NCBI GenBank assembly: GCA_050253415.1
Contig: JBFWJC010000003.1
Span: forward strand, 256,001 to 320,000
From: Pedobacter sp.
GTDB taxonomy: Bacteria > Desulfobacterota > Desulfuromonadia > Desulfuromonadales > Syntrophotaleaceae
Length of the DNA stretch: 64,000 bases
Reading direction: 5' to 3'
Numbering within the stretch: position 1 is the first letter of the stretch; every line of letters starts with the position of its first letter. Of this stretch, positions 1 to 11,805 are shown piece after piece. The position numbers and the translations under genes are program-made. The notes under the pieces are model-generated. The model saw only the letters and a list, made by a program, of their open reading frames with translations, had not been told where the DNA came from and did no database searches.

Positions 1-148
1 TTACAAGCCAGGTAATCGCCAGCAATGCCACCAGATGCACAGGCAATCTCATTGACTGTTTGGCTGTCGCTTGCTTGTTCCGTCTTATCTGTTTTAAAGG
101 TCCTTTGGCCAGAGGCTTGAGGAGCCCTATCTTGGTTAGTATAGTCAT
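1..148 (-). CDS. Possible 5' end of a minus-strand gene running off the window (possibly a secreted protein)
   Basis: Open frame from ATG at 148 (alternative ATG at 52, MRLPVHLVALLAITWLV..., signal-peptide-like) to the window edge. It is divergent from kdsB and too short to identify. Confidence 0.35.
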   Translation of the reverse strand, partial: MTILTKIGLLKPLAKGPLKQIRRNKQATAKQSMRLPVHLVALLAITWLV

Positions 149-371
149 TGCTTTTTTTATAAGAAAGATGTGGGGAGGCTCCTAACCTGAATCTTTTAAC
201 ATAAATATTGTCGTTAATGACAGGAAAATTCGTGAAAAAACAAACAGTTATATGCTGCTAATTAAGCGTTTGGCGGGTTTTTGGGGTTGAGCGCTCTTGA
301 TGGTGTGATCGAGGATGATGAGGGAGGGAGACCTTCTTTTGTTTTTTTCTCTATACGCCCTAGCACCGTTC

Positions 372-400
372 TTGACAAGCTCTGCCTGTTTTCTTACCCT
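372..400 (+). promoter_or_regulatory. Putative sigma70 promoter for the kdsB operon
   Basis: TTGACA (372-377), 17 bp, TACCCT (395-400). Confidence 0.55.
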
Positions 401-438
401 ACGGACGAATTTTTACCTTGAAAGGACAATATCCGGCC

Positions 439-1191
439 ATGTCGATTACCGCGGTTATTCCTGCCCGCTACGCATCATCGCGTTTTCCGGGAAAGCCTCT
501 TGCCTCTATACTGGGCAAAACAATGATCCAGCGCGTATATGAGCGTACCGCGCAAGCATCCTGTATCGACCGGGTGGTGGTTGCTACAGACGATCAACGT
601 ATTGCTGAGGAGGTTTTACGCTTTGGTGGCGAAGTTCAGATGACTCGGGCGGATCATGCTACCGGTACCGATCGTCTCGCTGAAGTAACGGCCAGGCTTG
701 ATACCGATTTGGTGGTTAACGTTCAGGGGGATGAGCCGCTTATCGACCCGCGCATGATAGAGATGGCGGTCGCTCCTTTATCCGAAGATTCCAGCATACC
801 CATGGGGACCCTCAAGACGCCGCTATTGACCTGGCAGGAGTATCGCGATCCCAACGTCGTCAAAGTCACGACCGACAGACGGGGGTTTGCCCTGTATTTT
901 TCCCGGGCGTCGATACCATATCCTCGGGATGTGAATGTCGACGACTTGAGTGTATCACCCGGGTCATTGGGGTTATTTCGCCATATCGGCCTCTATGTAT
1001 ACCGGAGGGATTTTCTATTGAAGTTTGCCCAATTGCCGGCAACGCCACTGGAAAACCTGGAAAAGCTTGAACAGCTCCGTGCTCTGGAGCATGGCTATGA
1101 CATCCGTGTCGTTGAGACGGATCTGGTCAGTCTCGGTGTAGATACCCCTGAAGATTTGGCCAGGGTTGAAGCTTATCTGCAGACACACTGA
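439..1191 (+). CDS. kdsB: 3-deoxy-manno-octulosonate cytidylyltransferase (CMP-Kdo synthetase)
   Basis: IPARYASSRFPGKPL, VNVQGDEP and EKLEQLRALE motifs; ATG at 439 after AAGGA. Confidence 0.97.
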   Translation: MSITAVIPARYASSRFPGKPLASILGKTMIQRVYERTAQASCIDRVVVATDDQRIAEEVLRFGGEVQMTRADHATGTDRLAEVTARLDTDLVVNVQGDEPLIDPRMIEMAVAPLSEDSSIPMGTLKTPLLTWQEYRDPNVVKVTTDRRGFALYFSRASIPYPRDVNVDDLSVSPGSLGLFRHIGLYVYRRDFLLKFAQLPATPLENLEKLEQLRALEHGYDIRVVETDLVSLGVDTPEDLARVEAYLQTH

Positions 1192-1199
1192 ATGGCTGA

Positions 1200-2912
<1,713 letters not shown>

Positions 2913-2913
2913 T

Positions 2914-3747
2914 ATGCCTGATGCGTTGAAAGTGGCCGATGTCACTTTTGGTGGGGGACGACCTTTTGTGCTGATCGCTGGGCCTTGCGTCATGGAGGGT
3001 GAGGAACATACCCTGAGTATCGCACGGCACCTGTTGCAATTGAAAAATGAGCTCGGCATTCAGGTTGTTTTTAAGGCCTCTTTTGATAAGGCCAACAGAA
3101 CTTCGGTCTCGGCCTATCGTGGACCTGGGCTTGAAGAGGGGTTGCGGATTCTCGACAAGGTTCGACAGCAGACAGGCTTGCCGGTAGTGTCGGACATTCA
3201 CGATGTCACTCAGGTGGAGCCCGCTGCCGAGATCTTGGATATCCTTCAGATCCCAGCGTTTTTGTGTCGTCAGACCGATCTGTTGTTGGCGGCAGGTCGC
3301 AGCGGCAAAGTGGTCAATATAAAAAAAGGGCAATTTCTTGCCCCTTGGGATATGGCGAATGCCGTAGCAAAGGTTTCATCTACCGGTAATGACCGCATTC
3401 TGCTTACGGAACGCGGAACATCCTTTGGCTATAACAACCTGGTTGTGGACATGCGCGCTCTCGCTATCATGCGTGAAATGGGATGCCCGGTTATCTTTGA
3501 CGCCACACATGCTGTTCAATTGCCCGGCGGTGCCGGTACCTCCTCGGGTGGGCAGCGGCAGTTTGTTGCCGCGCTTTCGCGTGCTGCGGTCGCCGTGGGT
3601 ATCGACGGCCTGTTTTGGGAAGTGCATCCTGACCCGGATCATGCCCTGTGCGATGGAGCCAATTCTTTACCCCTTGCAGAGGTAAAGACAGTACTTCAGG
3701 AATTGCTGGCTATTGATGCCATTATCAAAGGAAACACTAAATCGTGA
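2914..3747 (+). CDS. kdsA: KDO8P synthase (3-deoxy-8-phosphooctulonate synthase)
   Basis: IAGPCV, FKASFDKANRTS, QIPAFLCRQTDL and DATHAVQ motifs. Confidence 0.97.
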   Translation: MPDALKVADVTFGGGRPFVLIAGPCVMEGEEHTLSIARHLLQLKNELGIQVVFKASFDKANRTSVSAYRGPGLEEGLRILDKVRQQTGLPVVSDIHDVTQVEPAAEILDILQIPAFLCRQTDLLLAAGRSGKVVNIKKGQFLAPWDMANAVAKVSSTGNDRILLTERGTSFGYNNLVVDMRALAIMREMGCPVIFDATHAVQLPGGAGTSSGGQRQFVAALSRAAVAVGIDGLFWEVHPDPDHALCDGANSLPLAEVKTVLQELLAIDAIIKGNTKS

Positions 3748-4715
3748 CGGATATGTTGGATACGGCCAGAAGGGTTCTTCAAATTGAAGCCGAAGCTATC
3801 GTTGCTCTTTCGCAGCGACTGGACGATCACTTTATCGCTGCCGTAGAACTGATTTTGTCCTGCCAGGGGCGGGTGGTGATTACAGGTATGGGAAAGTCCG
3901 GACTGATTTGCCAGAAAATCGCTGCTACCATGTCATCCACCGGTACGCCGACCTTTTTTCTTCACCCTGCCGAGGGTATTCATGGGGATCTCGGCATGCT
4001 TATGAAGGGCGATGTCGTGATTGCCGTGTCCAATTCCGGAAATACGGAAGAAATCGTACGCATTTTACCGGTAATAAAACGGATGGGATTGCCCCTGATC
4101 GGGATGGCTGGCCAAGAGAAAAGTGCCCTGGCTCGAGCCTCTGACGTGTTTCTTAATGTAGCCGTTCGCGAAGAGGCCTGTCCCCTGGGGTTGGCTCCTA
4201 CGGCCAGCACCACCGCCACTTTGGCGATGGGAGACGCCTTAGCGGTGGCTCTTTTGGAACGACGCGGATTCAGGGAGGAAGACTTCGCCTTGTTTCATCC
4301 CGGGGGTGCATTAGGCAAAAAGCTTTTGCTTAAAGTAGAAGACCTGATGCACACGGGAAAGGATATTCCGCTGGCCGCCATGACCACTCCTCTTAAAGAG
4401 GCATTGTTTGAAATCACCAGTAAAAAACTGGGTATTACAGGGGTTTTAAACGATAGCGGTGACCTTGTTGGAGTCTTTACCGATGGTGATTTGCGACGCA
4501 CTATGGGCAGAAACTGCGATGTGTTGAATCTCTCCCTGGGGGAGGTCATGTGTAGTAATCCCAAGCGTATTTTGCGAAGCAACCTTGCTGCCAAGGCCGT
4601 ACAGAAAATGGAAGAATTCTCCATTACTTCACTGTTCGTGTTTGACAGTGACGACAGTACTGTGCCGGTGGGTATCATCCATCTTCACGATTTGCTTAAA
4701 GCGGGGGTGGTTTGA
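3744..4715 (+). CDS. kdsD: Arabinose-5-phosphate isomerase (KpsF/GutQ family, SIS + CBS domains)
   Basis: TGMGKSG, HGDLG, EACPLGLAPTASTTA and HPGGALG motifs; C-terminal CBS pair. Confidence 0.95.
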   Translation: MTDMLDTARRVLQIEAEAIVALSQRLDDHFIAAVELILSCQGRVVITGMGKSGLICQKIAATMSSTGTPTFFLHPAEGIHGDLGMLMKGDVVIAVSNSGNTEEIVRILPVIKRMGLPLIGMAGQEKSALARASDVFLNVAVREEACPLGLAPTASTTATLAMGDALAVALLERRGFREEDFALFHPGGALGKKLLLKVEDLMHTGKDIPLAAMTTPLKEALFEITSKKLGITGVLNDSGDLVGVFTDGDLRRTMGRNCDVLNLSLGEVMCSNPKRILRSNLAAKAVQKMEEFSITSLFVFDSDDSTVPVGIIHLHDLLKAGVV

Positions 4716-5245
4716 TGGAATCTGCGTTGTCGAAAATACGGCTGTTGTTGCTGGATGTTGATGGGATCATGACCGATGGCCGCGTCCATTACGATGCAAA
4801 CGGCGGGGAAATCAAGAGCTTCGATGTTAAGGATGGCCATGGGTTGAAACTGCTTCAGCGGGCCGGTATTCAGGTCGGCATCATTACCGGTCGCAATTCT
4901 TCCATCGTTAAACGACGTGCGGATGAACTGGGGATTGAAATTCTCTATCAGGGGGCTAAAGATAAAATTATTCCCTACGAGGAAATTCTTCAGGAACGCG
5001 GTTTCAAAGATGATGAGGTCGCATATATGGGGGATGATCTGGTAGATCTCCCCATTTTATTGCGGGTCGGATATCCTGTCACGGTAGCCGATGCGGTGGC
5101 GGAAGTGAAAGAGCATGTCCATTATGTAACATCCCGCTGCGGTGGCCACGGGGCTGTGAGAGAGGTGTGTGAGGTTCTGTTAAAACAGACCGGCCGTTGG
5201 GGTGCTGTTACGGATCGTTATTATGCCAAGGTAAATATGCCGTGA
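4715..5245 (+). CDS. kdsC: KDO8P phosphatase (HAD family)
   Basis: LDVDGIMTDG, MGDDLVD and GGHGAVRE motifs; ATG overlaps the kdsD stop. Confidence 0.95.
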   Translation: MESALSKIRLLLLDVDGIMTDGRVHYDANGGEIKSFDVKDGHGLKLLQRAGIQVGIITGRNSSIVKRRADELGIEILYQGAKDKIIPYEEILQERGFKDDEVAYMGDDLVDLPILLRVGYPVTVADAVAEVKEHVHYVTSRCGGHGAVREVCEVLLKQTGRWGAVTDRYYAKVNMP

Positions 5246-5318
5246 ATCAAAACTCGTGCCAATTGTTTACGGAACCTTCTTTACTCCTTTTGGCGATGAT
5301 GCTATACTGACGGCACTT

Positions 5319-5891
5319 ATGATGCACAGGGTAACTATACGAAATTTATTGCTTATTGCTATGTTGGCGGTTGTTTTCGGCCTTGGGTACCGATTATGGG
5401 ACCAGCGTTCCGAGACGGCTCCAGATCCCGTTATTAATTCTCTTCCTGCAAATGCCGATCTTTCCTTACAGGATATTCAGTATACCGAAACCAGCGAAGG
5501 TATACGCCGCTGGACCTTGACCGCCAAATCTGGAGCGTATGAAGCGGGGCAGGGCAAGAGTGCCGTTCAGGATATGCGGCTTGAAATTTTTGATAAACAG
5601 GGTCGTGAGCAAATGGTCCTTACCGCCGATCATGGGGTATGGCTGTCGGAAACAGGCGAAATTGAGGCTCAAGGCAATGTGGTTGTAAAAACCACTGAAG
5701 GGTACACGCTTTATACCGAACAACTGGGTTATTCTACCAGGAATGATCAGGTCAGCACAGATCAAGCTGTACGGGTAAAAAAGGACAGTGTGGAACTTTT
5801 CGCGCATGGGATGCGTTACGGGCTGAAGGACCGCCGTCTGACGTTGATATCACAGGTTAGGGCACTGTTTATGCTCGGGATAGGAAATTAA
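5319..5891 (+). CDS. lptC: LPS export protein LptC
   Basis: Single N-terminal TM segment followed by a beta-rich domain (RWTLTAKSG); canonical position between kdsC and lptA. Confidence 0.85.
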   Translation: MMHRVTIRNLLLIAMLAVVFGLGYRLWDQRSETAPDPVINSLPANADLSLQDIQYTETSEGIRRWTLTAKSGAYEAGQGKSAVQDMRLEIFDKQGREQMVLTADHGVWLSETGEIEAQGNVVVKTTEGYTLYTEQLGYSTRNDQVSTDQAVRVKKDSVELFAHGMRYGLKDRRLTLISQVRALFMLGIGN

Positions 5892-5895
5892 TACC

Positions 5896-6399
5896 ATGGC
5901 TTCTACCCGTACTTTTATTCTCATAATGCTACTGAGCCTACTGGTGTTGCCAGGAGCTGCATGGTCCGAGGCCTCTGGTGTCTCCGACAGGGGGCAACCA
6001 CTCGAAATCACTTCTAACAGGCTTGAGTCTGATGGGGGTCTGCGCCAAGTGGTTTTTCTTGGCAATGTAGTCGCCAAACAGGGAAGTCTTACCATTAAGG
6101 CTTCAAAGCTGGTTGTGTATTACCAGGGGGAGGGCAATCAAGTCTCCAAGGTTGAGGCCATCGGTGATGTGACAATAACGAAGGATAACCGAATTGCCAC
6201 AGGTGGTCGAGGTGTCTATGAAGTTGGCAACGAGACTATCGTCATGACCGGTTCACCGCGCGTTCAGCAGGGAGAGAATTCCGTTGAAGGCGATGAAATA
6301 GCCTTTTTTCTTAATCAAGATCGCAGTATTGTCAAAAGCAAAACCGGTTCGCGCGTCAAGGCGATTCTTGCACCCAGGGGGAATGCTGTTGGGCCGTAA
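5896..6399 (+). CDS. lptA: LPS transport periplasmic protein LptA
   Basis: Signal peptide and OstA-like motifs ([18 protein letters not shown]); synteny. Confidence 0.9.
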   Translation: MASTRTFILIMLLSLLVLPGAAWSEASGVSDRGQPLEITSNRLESDGGLRQVVFLGNVVAKQGSLTIKASKLVVYYQGEGNQVSKVEAIGDVTITKDNRIATGGRGVYEVGNETIVMTGSPRVQQGENSVEGDEIAFFLNQDRSIVKSKTGSRVKAILAPRGNAVGP

Positions 6400-7114
6400 A
6401 CTGGTAGCTAGTGATCTGTGGAAAAGTTATCGCGGACGCAGTGTGGTGCGCGGTGTCGACCTGGAAGTTCGTTCCGGCGAGGTTGTTGGTCTGCTTGGGC
6501 CAAACGGTGCCGGGAAAACCACTTCTTTCTATATGGTCGTGGGGTTGATTCGTCCTGATCGGGGTAAAGTATTGCTGGATCAACAGGATCTTACCGGCAT
6601 GCCCATGTACCAGCGGGCCCGTTTGGGAATATCCTACCTTCCACAAGAAGCTTCAATTTTTCGTAAACTTACTGTGGAAGAAAACCTTCTCGCTATCCTT
6701 GAAACAGTTAAAAGTGCCTCGGGACAAATAAAAGAGCGTGCGCACCAACTGATTGAAGAATTTCGTCTGCAGCACGTGGCTCGCTCACCTGGCTACGCCC
6801 TCTCCGGAGGTGAACGTCGCCGATTGGAGATTGCACGTGCTCTGGTTATCGATCCTGGGTTCATCCTTCTGGACGAACCCTTTGCCGGCATAGACCCTTT
6901 GGCTGTGCACGATATCCAGAATGTTATCTGTCGCTTGCGCGATAGAGGTATCGGAGTGCTCGTTTCCGACCATAACGTACGAGAAACTCTTGGTGTGTGT
7001 GATAAAGCCTATATTCTGGCTGATGGACAGATTCTGGCGTGTGGAAATCCTGAACAAATTGCCTCCTGCCCCGAAGTAAGGGCAACCTATCTGGGTGAAA
7101 AGTTCCGTTTATGA
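6383..7114 (+). CDS. lptB: LPS export ABC transporter ATPase
   Basis: [27 protein letters not shown] and LLDEPFAG motifs. Confidence 0.97.
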   Translation: MLLGRKLVASDLWKSYRGRSVVRGVDLEVRSGEVVGLLGPNGAGKTTSFYMVVGLIRPDRGKVLLDQQDLTGMPMYQRARLGISYLPQEASIFRKLTVEENLLAILETVKSASGQIKERAHQLIEEFRLQHVARSPGYALSGGERRRLEIARALVIDPGFILLDEPFAGIDPLAVHDIQNVICRLRDRGIGVLVSDHNVRETLGVCDKAYILADGQILACGNPEQIASCPEVRATYLGEKFRL

Positions 7115-7172
7115 GAATTTGGGATGCAGGCACGTTTCATTCCATGCATTTAAAGCATAAGATTGAGGTACC

Positions 7173-8630
7173 ATGGCATTAGAAATTCGGCAACAGCTCA
7201 AACTAAGTCAGCAACTTGTTATGACTCCTCAGTTGCAGCAGGCCATCAAGCTGCTTCAACTATCACGTATTGAGTTGGAGGAGGTTGTACGCCAGGAACT
7301 GGAGGAGAATCCTGTCCTGGAGGAGGGTGCCGACATTGCCGAAGATAAGGAGTTGGCGGCCGAGGTCGCCGAAATTTCCGAAATTCCCGAATCCTCTGCC
7401 GCTTCTGAGGAGGTCAAAGAGTTTCAGGGAAATATTGAGGAATTCAACCAGGCCGACTGGCAGAACTATCTTGATGGCTATAATGCCAGTGGCGCGACAG
7501 TCGATACCTACGAAGCTGAGGAAGAACGTCCAAGTTTCGAAAGTCTTCTAACAAAAAAAACCTCTCTTGCCGACCATCTTGTATGGCAACTTAATCTGAT
7601 CCGTCTTCCCGATGAAGAGCGCGCCGCTGCTTCCGAAATCATCGGGAATATTGATGAAGACGGATATCTCAAAGCAACCGTCGAGGAAATCTCCCAAGCT
7701 GCTGGTGTAAGCATCGAAGCGACTGAACGGGCTCTGAGCGTGGTTCGCGATTTCGATCCTGCTGGCGTTGCCACCCACAACCTTCGTGATTGTCTGCTCA
7801 AGCAAGCTGAAGTGCTTGGTATGGGCGAGTCTCTGGTTGGCACCATGTTGCGTGACCATATCGATGAGCTGGAAAACCGCAAGTTTCAATCGATAGCAAG
7901 AACTCTTGGACTGCCTTTGGATGACGTGCTCGGTGCTGCGCGGGTAATTTCAGGGCTGGACCCCCGTCCCGGCCGGGCTTATAGTCAGGAAGAGATTCAA
8001 TATATTACCCCGGATATTTATGTGCATAAGATTGGTGATGAGTACGTTGTGGTTCTTAATGACGAAGGCTTGCCAAGTTTGCGCATTAACTCGTTTTATC
8101 GCAATGCTTTGTCAGGTGGTCAAAAAGTTGATGAAAAAGCCGGGGAGTATATTCAGGAAAAATTACGAGGGGCTATCTGGTTAATCAAGAGTATTCACCA
8201 GCGTCAGCGAACCATATTTCGTGTAACCAAAAGTATTGTTAAGTTTCAGCGGGACTTTTTTGAAAAGGGTATAGAGTATCTTAAACCCTTGGTGTTGCGT
8301 GATGTGGCCGAAGATATTGAAATGCATGAGTCGACCGTCAGCCGCGTTACAACAAATAAGTACGTGCAGACGCCTCGAGGTCTGTTTGAGTTGAAGTATT
8401 TTTTCAACAGCGGTATAAGTACAACAGTTGGTGAATCGATAGCTTCCGAAAGTGTAAAAAGCAAAATTAGGGATATCGTCGCCGAGGAAAATCCTAAAAA
8501 GCCTTATTCTGATCAGAAAATTGTCGATATTCTTCGTCAGGAAGGGATAGATATTGCCCGACGTACCGTTACAAAATATCGAGAGATGCTTAATATACGG
8601 TCGTCTACCGAGCGCAAGCGCTTATTTTAA
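7173..8630 (+). CDS. rpoN: RNA polymerase sigma-54 factor
   Basis: Region I QQLVMTPQLQQAIKLLQL, HESTVSR, and RpoN box ARRTVTKYRE. Confidence 0.98.
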   Translation: MALEIRQQLKLSQQLVMTPQLQQAIKLLQLSRIELEEVVRQELEENPVLEEGADIAEDKELAAEVAEISEIPESSAASEEVKEFQGNIEEFNQADWQNYLDGYNASGATVDTYEAEEERPSFESLLTKKTSLADHLVWQLNLIRLPDEERAAASEIIGNIDEDGYLKATVEEISQAAGVSIEATERALSVVRDFDPAGVATHNLRDCLLKQAEVLGMGESLVGTMLRDHIDELENRKFQSIARTLGLPLDDVLGAARVISGLDPRPGRAYSQEEIQYITPDIYVHKIGDEYVVVLNDEGLPSLRINSFYRNALSGGQKVDEKAGEYIQEKLRGAIWLIKSIHQRQRTIFRVTKSIVKFQRDFFEKGIEYLKPLVLRDVAEDIEMHESTVSRVTTNKYVQTPRGLFELKYFFNSGISTTVGESIASESVKSKIRDIVAEENPKKPYSDQKIVDILRQEGIDIARRTVTKYREMLNIRSSTERKRLF

Positions 8631-8725
8631 GCGTTCCCAGAAACACAGGGTATAATTGTTATAGAGACCTGTAAGCGGAATGTCTAGACTCTCTACTTAA
8701 CCCGTTCATCAGGAGGAGTACACGT

Positions 8726-9274
8726 ATGCAAATTGCCGTGACATTTAGACACATGGATGTTAGTGAAGCGCTTCGCACCTATCTTGAAGAAAAAATTTCG
8801 CGGGTTAAAAAATATATTGATGAACCGATCGATGCACAAGCCGTCCTGTCGGTTGAAAAGAAAATTCGGCATTGTGCCGAAGTAACTCTGGTCGCCAAAG
8901 GCATTACCATTAAAGGTTCCGACGAGACCAACGATATGTATGCCGCTATTGATGGTATGGTGGACAAGCTCGAACGCCAGCTTAAGCGGTATAAAGAAAA
9001 AATCAAGCGACATAAGCCTTCGTCCGACCAGGTGCGTCAGGTTGAAAAAACCATTTTTGCGGCTGAGAGTATTGATGAAGGGGCTCCTGAGCCGGTTGTC
9101 ATTCGAAGTCAGAGCTTTTCCGTTAAGCCGCTGTCTGTTGAAGAGGCTGTTATGCAAATGGATCTTTTGAATAAAGCTTTTCTGGTTTTTTCTGATGCCT
9201 CAAGCAATGAAATCAGCGTTGTTTATCGTCGAAAAGACGGAAACTATGGACTTATCGTTCCGGAAGTGAAATAA
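8726..9274 (+). CDS. hpf: Ribosome hibernation promoting factor (long HPF/RaiA)
   Basis: DMYAAID...KLERQL motif; C-terminal EEAVMQMDLL...VVYRRKDGNYGLI. Confidence 0.95.
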   Translation: MQIAVTFRHMDVSEALRTYLEEKISRVKKYIDEPIDAQAVLSVEKKIRHCAEVTLVAKGITIKGSDETNDMYAAIDGMVDKLERQLKRYKEKIKRHKPSSDQVRQVEKTIFAAESIDEGAPEPVVIRSQSFSVKPLSVEEAVMQMDLLNKAFLVFSDASSNEISVVYRRKDGNYGLIVPEVK

Positions 9275-9362
9275 GCCGTTTCGCGTTTTAATGCAATATT
9301 GAGGAGGAAAAGACCAATCCAATTTGTTTGTACAAGGTTGGATATGGAGCTTTTGTTAAACT

Positions 9363-9824
9363 ATGAAAATCGTCGATCTGCTCAATCCTGCCGCTATCGT
9401 GGCAAATCTGGAGTCGGTTGAAAAAGACGCCGTTCTGGAAGAACTTGCTGGAGCTGCGATCAAGGTTGGCAAGGAACTGGACCGTGCAGAGGTCGTACGT
9501 GTACTTCAGGAGCGCGAACGCCTTGGAAGTACCGGCATAGGTGAGGGGGTTGCCATTCCTCATGGGAAGCTTCGCACCATCGATCAGTTGTTGCTTTCAT
9601 TTGGACGTAGCAGCAAGGGGGTTGAATTTGACTCCCTGGATGGAAAACCTGCGCAGCTTTTCTTTTTATTGCTTGCGCCGGAAGAATCCGTTGGTATCCA
9701 TCTTAAGACCCTTGCGCGTATATCTAAATTATTGAAAAGTCCTTCAGTGCGCCAACGATTGTTAGGGGCAGGTTCCGGCGATGATCTTTACCGCATTATC
9801 GGTGAAGAGGAGGAGAAACTTTAA
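9363..9824 (+). CDS. ptsN: PTS EIIA-Ntr/Fru-type component
   Basis: RERLGSTGIGEGVAIPHG with the phospho-His; located in the rpoN operon. Confidence 0.9.
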   Translation: MKIVDLLNPAAIVANLESVEKDAVLEELAGAAIKVGKELDRAEVVRVLQERERLGSTGIGEGVAIPHGKLRTIDQLLLSFGRSSKGVEFDSLDGKPAQLFFLLLAPEESVGIHLKTLARISKLLKSPSVRQRLLGAGSGDDLYRIIGEEEEKL

Positions 9825-9902
9825 ACTCGTTTTCGGGGCAGTTATTATAAACCACTTTCTTTTCACGACTTGGCGGCAAACCATCTGTCGCATTTGATTC
9901 TT

Positions 9903-9963
9903 GGAAAAAGGGTACCCGGGCGGCCGGTTGATGAAGTCGGGTTTCGCCTGATACCCTTTTTTC
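9903..9963. other. Long imperfect hairpin between ptsN and rapZ (terminator-like)
   Basis: GGAAAAAGGGTA (9903-9914) pairs with TACCCTTTTTTC (9952-9963); inner CGGGCG/CGCCTG and CCGG/TCGG stems. Confidence 0.6.
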
Positions 9964-10016
9964 TTTTGACGCTATATTATTATTGAAGATTCGGCACTTT
10001 TCGCCGAACTTGGAGA

Positions 10017-10886
10017 ATGATGAAACGCGTTCGGTTGATTATTATTACGGGCTTGTCAGGATCCGGGAAAACCACTGCGGCCAGGGCCTTGGAAGATGAA
10101 GGTTTTTTCGTTGTCGATAATCTCCCGCTGACAATGCTGCCAGAGTTTGTGAAATTGCATTCTTGTTCAGGTGAGGGTGAGTCCAATGTCGCCGTTGTCG
10201 CCGATGTCCGTAACAAGTCTTATCTTGAAGGATATCGGGAAACGCTCGAACAGGTTCGTTCAGCTGGGCATTTGGTCGATATTTACTTTTTTGATGCAGC
10301 CGACGATGTTCTTATTCGTCGTTACTCTGAAACCCGCCGTCGACACCCTTTGTCTCAAAAAGAGGGTGTCACTGAATCGATCCGACAGGAACGTAGCCTG
10401 CTCGCGGGCATTATGGATCTTTCAACGGAAATCATCGATTCCTCATGGCTTACACCGCATCAACTTCGGGCCAAAGTTGTTCACATGGTGGGTGGTGAGA
10501 GTAAGGGGATCCCTCTGGCTGTACTCGTTCAATCCTTTGGTTACCGTTACGGCATTCCTCCGGGTTCGGATCTTGTCATGGATGTCCGCTTTATTCCCAA
10601 TCCCCACTTTGTTCCGGAGTTGAGACCTCAAACAGGGCTTTCTCCGAATGTGCGTGACTTTGTCTTGGGGCAGGAGGCATGTCGGGAATTTTTGGCTCGA
10701 TTCAAGCCTCTGCTGGATTACTTGTTGCCTTGTTATCATAAAGAGGGCAAAAGCAATCTTACCATTTCGATCGGTTGTACCGGCGGAAGACACCGCAGTG
10801 TGGCTATTGCGGAACATCTGCGTCATGCGATTCAAGGTGATAATCTGACAATCGAGGGTTTGCACCGTGATGTGGCCAAGGAGTAA
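10017..10886 (+). CDS. rapZ: RNase adapter RapZ / YvcJ-family P-loop protein
   Basis: TGLSGSGKT, VDNLP, RRYSETRRRHP and GCTGGRHRSV motifs. Confidence 0.95.
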   Translation: MMKRVRLIIITGLSGSGKTTAARALEDEGFFVVDNLPLTMLPEFVKLHSCSGEGESNVAVVADVRNKSYLEGYRETLEQVRSAGHLVDIYFFDAADDVLIRRYSETRRRHPLSQKEGVTESIRQERSLLAGIMDLSTEIIDSSWLTPHQLRAKVVHMVGGESKGIPLAVLVQSFGYRYGIPPGSDLVMDVRFIPNPHFVPELRPQTGLSPNVRDFVLGQEACREFLARFKPLLDYLLPCYHKEGKSNLTISIGCTGGRHRSVAIAEHLRHAIQGDNLTIEGLHRDVAKE

Positions 10887-10889
10887 CGG

Positions 10890-11291
10890 GTGATTGGTTT
10901 AGTAATTGCTACTCACTGCGGTCTGGCCGGGGAACTTGTTCGAACGGCTGAGATGATTCTTGGCACCCTGCCGTTTGTGGCTGCTGTGGAAATTTTGCGT
11001 GGAGATGGACCGGATGAGATTCGGCAGCGTTTCCAATGCGCCATTGATAGCGTGGGACAAGATGGGGACGGGGTTCTGGTTATGACCGATATGTTTGGCG
11101 GGACCCCCTCCAATATCGGCTTTTCCTTTCTTGAACAGGGGATTGTCGACGTACTAAGTGGGGTTAACCTACCCATGTTGCTCAGAGCTTCCCAGGAGCG
11201 AAATGGCCGTTCGCTGAACGATCTTGCGCTTCTATTAAGGGATTACGGTCAGCAGAGTATTTTGCTGGCCAGCGAAATTCTTGCAAAATAG
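10890..11291 (+). CDS. PTS mannose/fructose/sorbose-family EIIA
   Basis: IGLVIATH (phospho-His), TDMFGGTP and GVNLPML motifs. Confidence 0.92.
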   Translation: MIGLVIATHCGLAGELVRTAEMILGTLPFVAAVEILRGDGPDEIRQRFQCAIDSVGQDGDGVLVMTDMFGGTPSNIGFSFLEQGIVDVLSGVNLPMLLRASQERNGRSLNDLALLLRDYGQQSILLASEILAK

Positions 11292-11311
11292 CCACCGGCT
11301 GATTGTATGTT

Positions 11312-11794
11312 ATGAGCATCGTACTTGCGCGTGTAGATAATCGATTGATTCATGGACAGGTTCTTGAAGCCTGGATCCCTACCACCAAGGCAGACTGCAT
11401 TGTCGTAGCCAACAATGATCTTGCTGATGCAGATATGCGCAAGAGGCTTATGGCAGCTGCCGTGCCTCGCGGCATCCAGGTCATAATCGAGAGTGTGGAG
11501 AATTCCGCAAGGTTTGTGCTGGCTCCGGATAACAGCACTCTGCGAGTCATGGTGTTGTTTGCCTCTCCCGATGATGCCCTGCAAGCACATGTTATGGGAT
11601 TGCATTTTGCCCAGCTTAATCTCGGCAATCTCCATCGTCCCCAAGGTGAGCACCAGCTCGGATGTACGGTTACGCTTGATCATAAGGATATTTGCAGCCT
11701 GACTGAGTTAGAGACCCGGGGCGTTGAAATCAATCTGCAGTGCGTCCCTTCGGATCGTCAACGTGGATGGCGCAGTATGATGAAGAAGAAGTAA
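11312..11794 (+). CDS. PTS mannose/sorbose-family EIIB
   Basis: RVDNRLIHGQV (phospho-His) and LNLGN motifs. Confidence 0.92.
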   Translation: MSIVLARVDNRLIHGQVLEAWIPTTKADCIVVANNDLADADMRKRLMAAAVPRGIQVIIESVENSARFVLAPDNSTLRVMVLFASPDDALQAHVMGLHFAQLNLGNLHRPQGEHQLGCTVTLDHKDICSLTELETRGVEINLQCVPSDRQRGWRSMMKKK

Positions 11795-11805
11795 AGCTTT
11801 TCAAT

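Noticed and set aside
7128..7146. GGCACG upstream of rpoN as an autoregulatory sigma54 site
   Set aside because: No GC at the -12 position.
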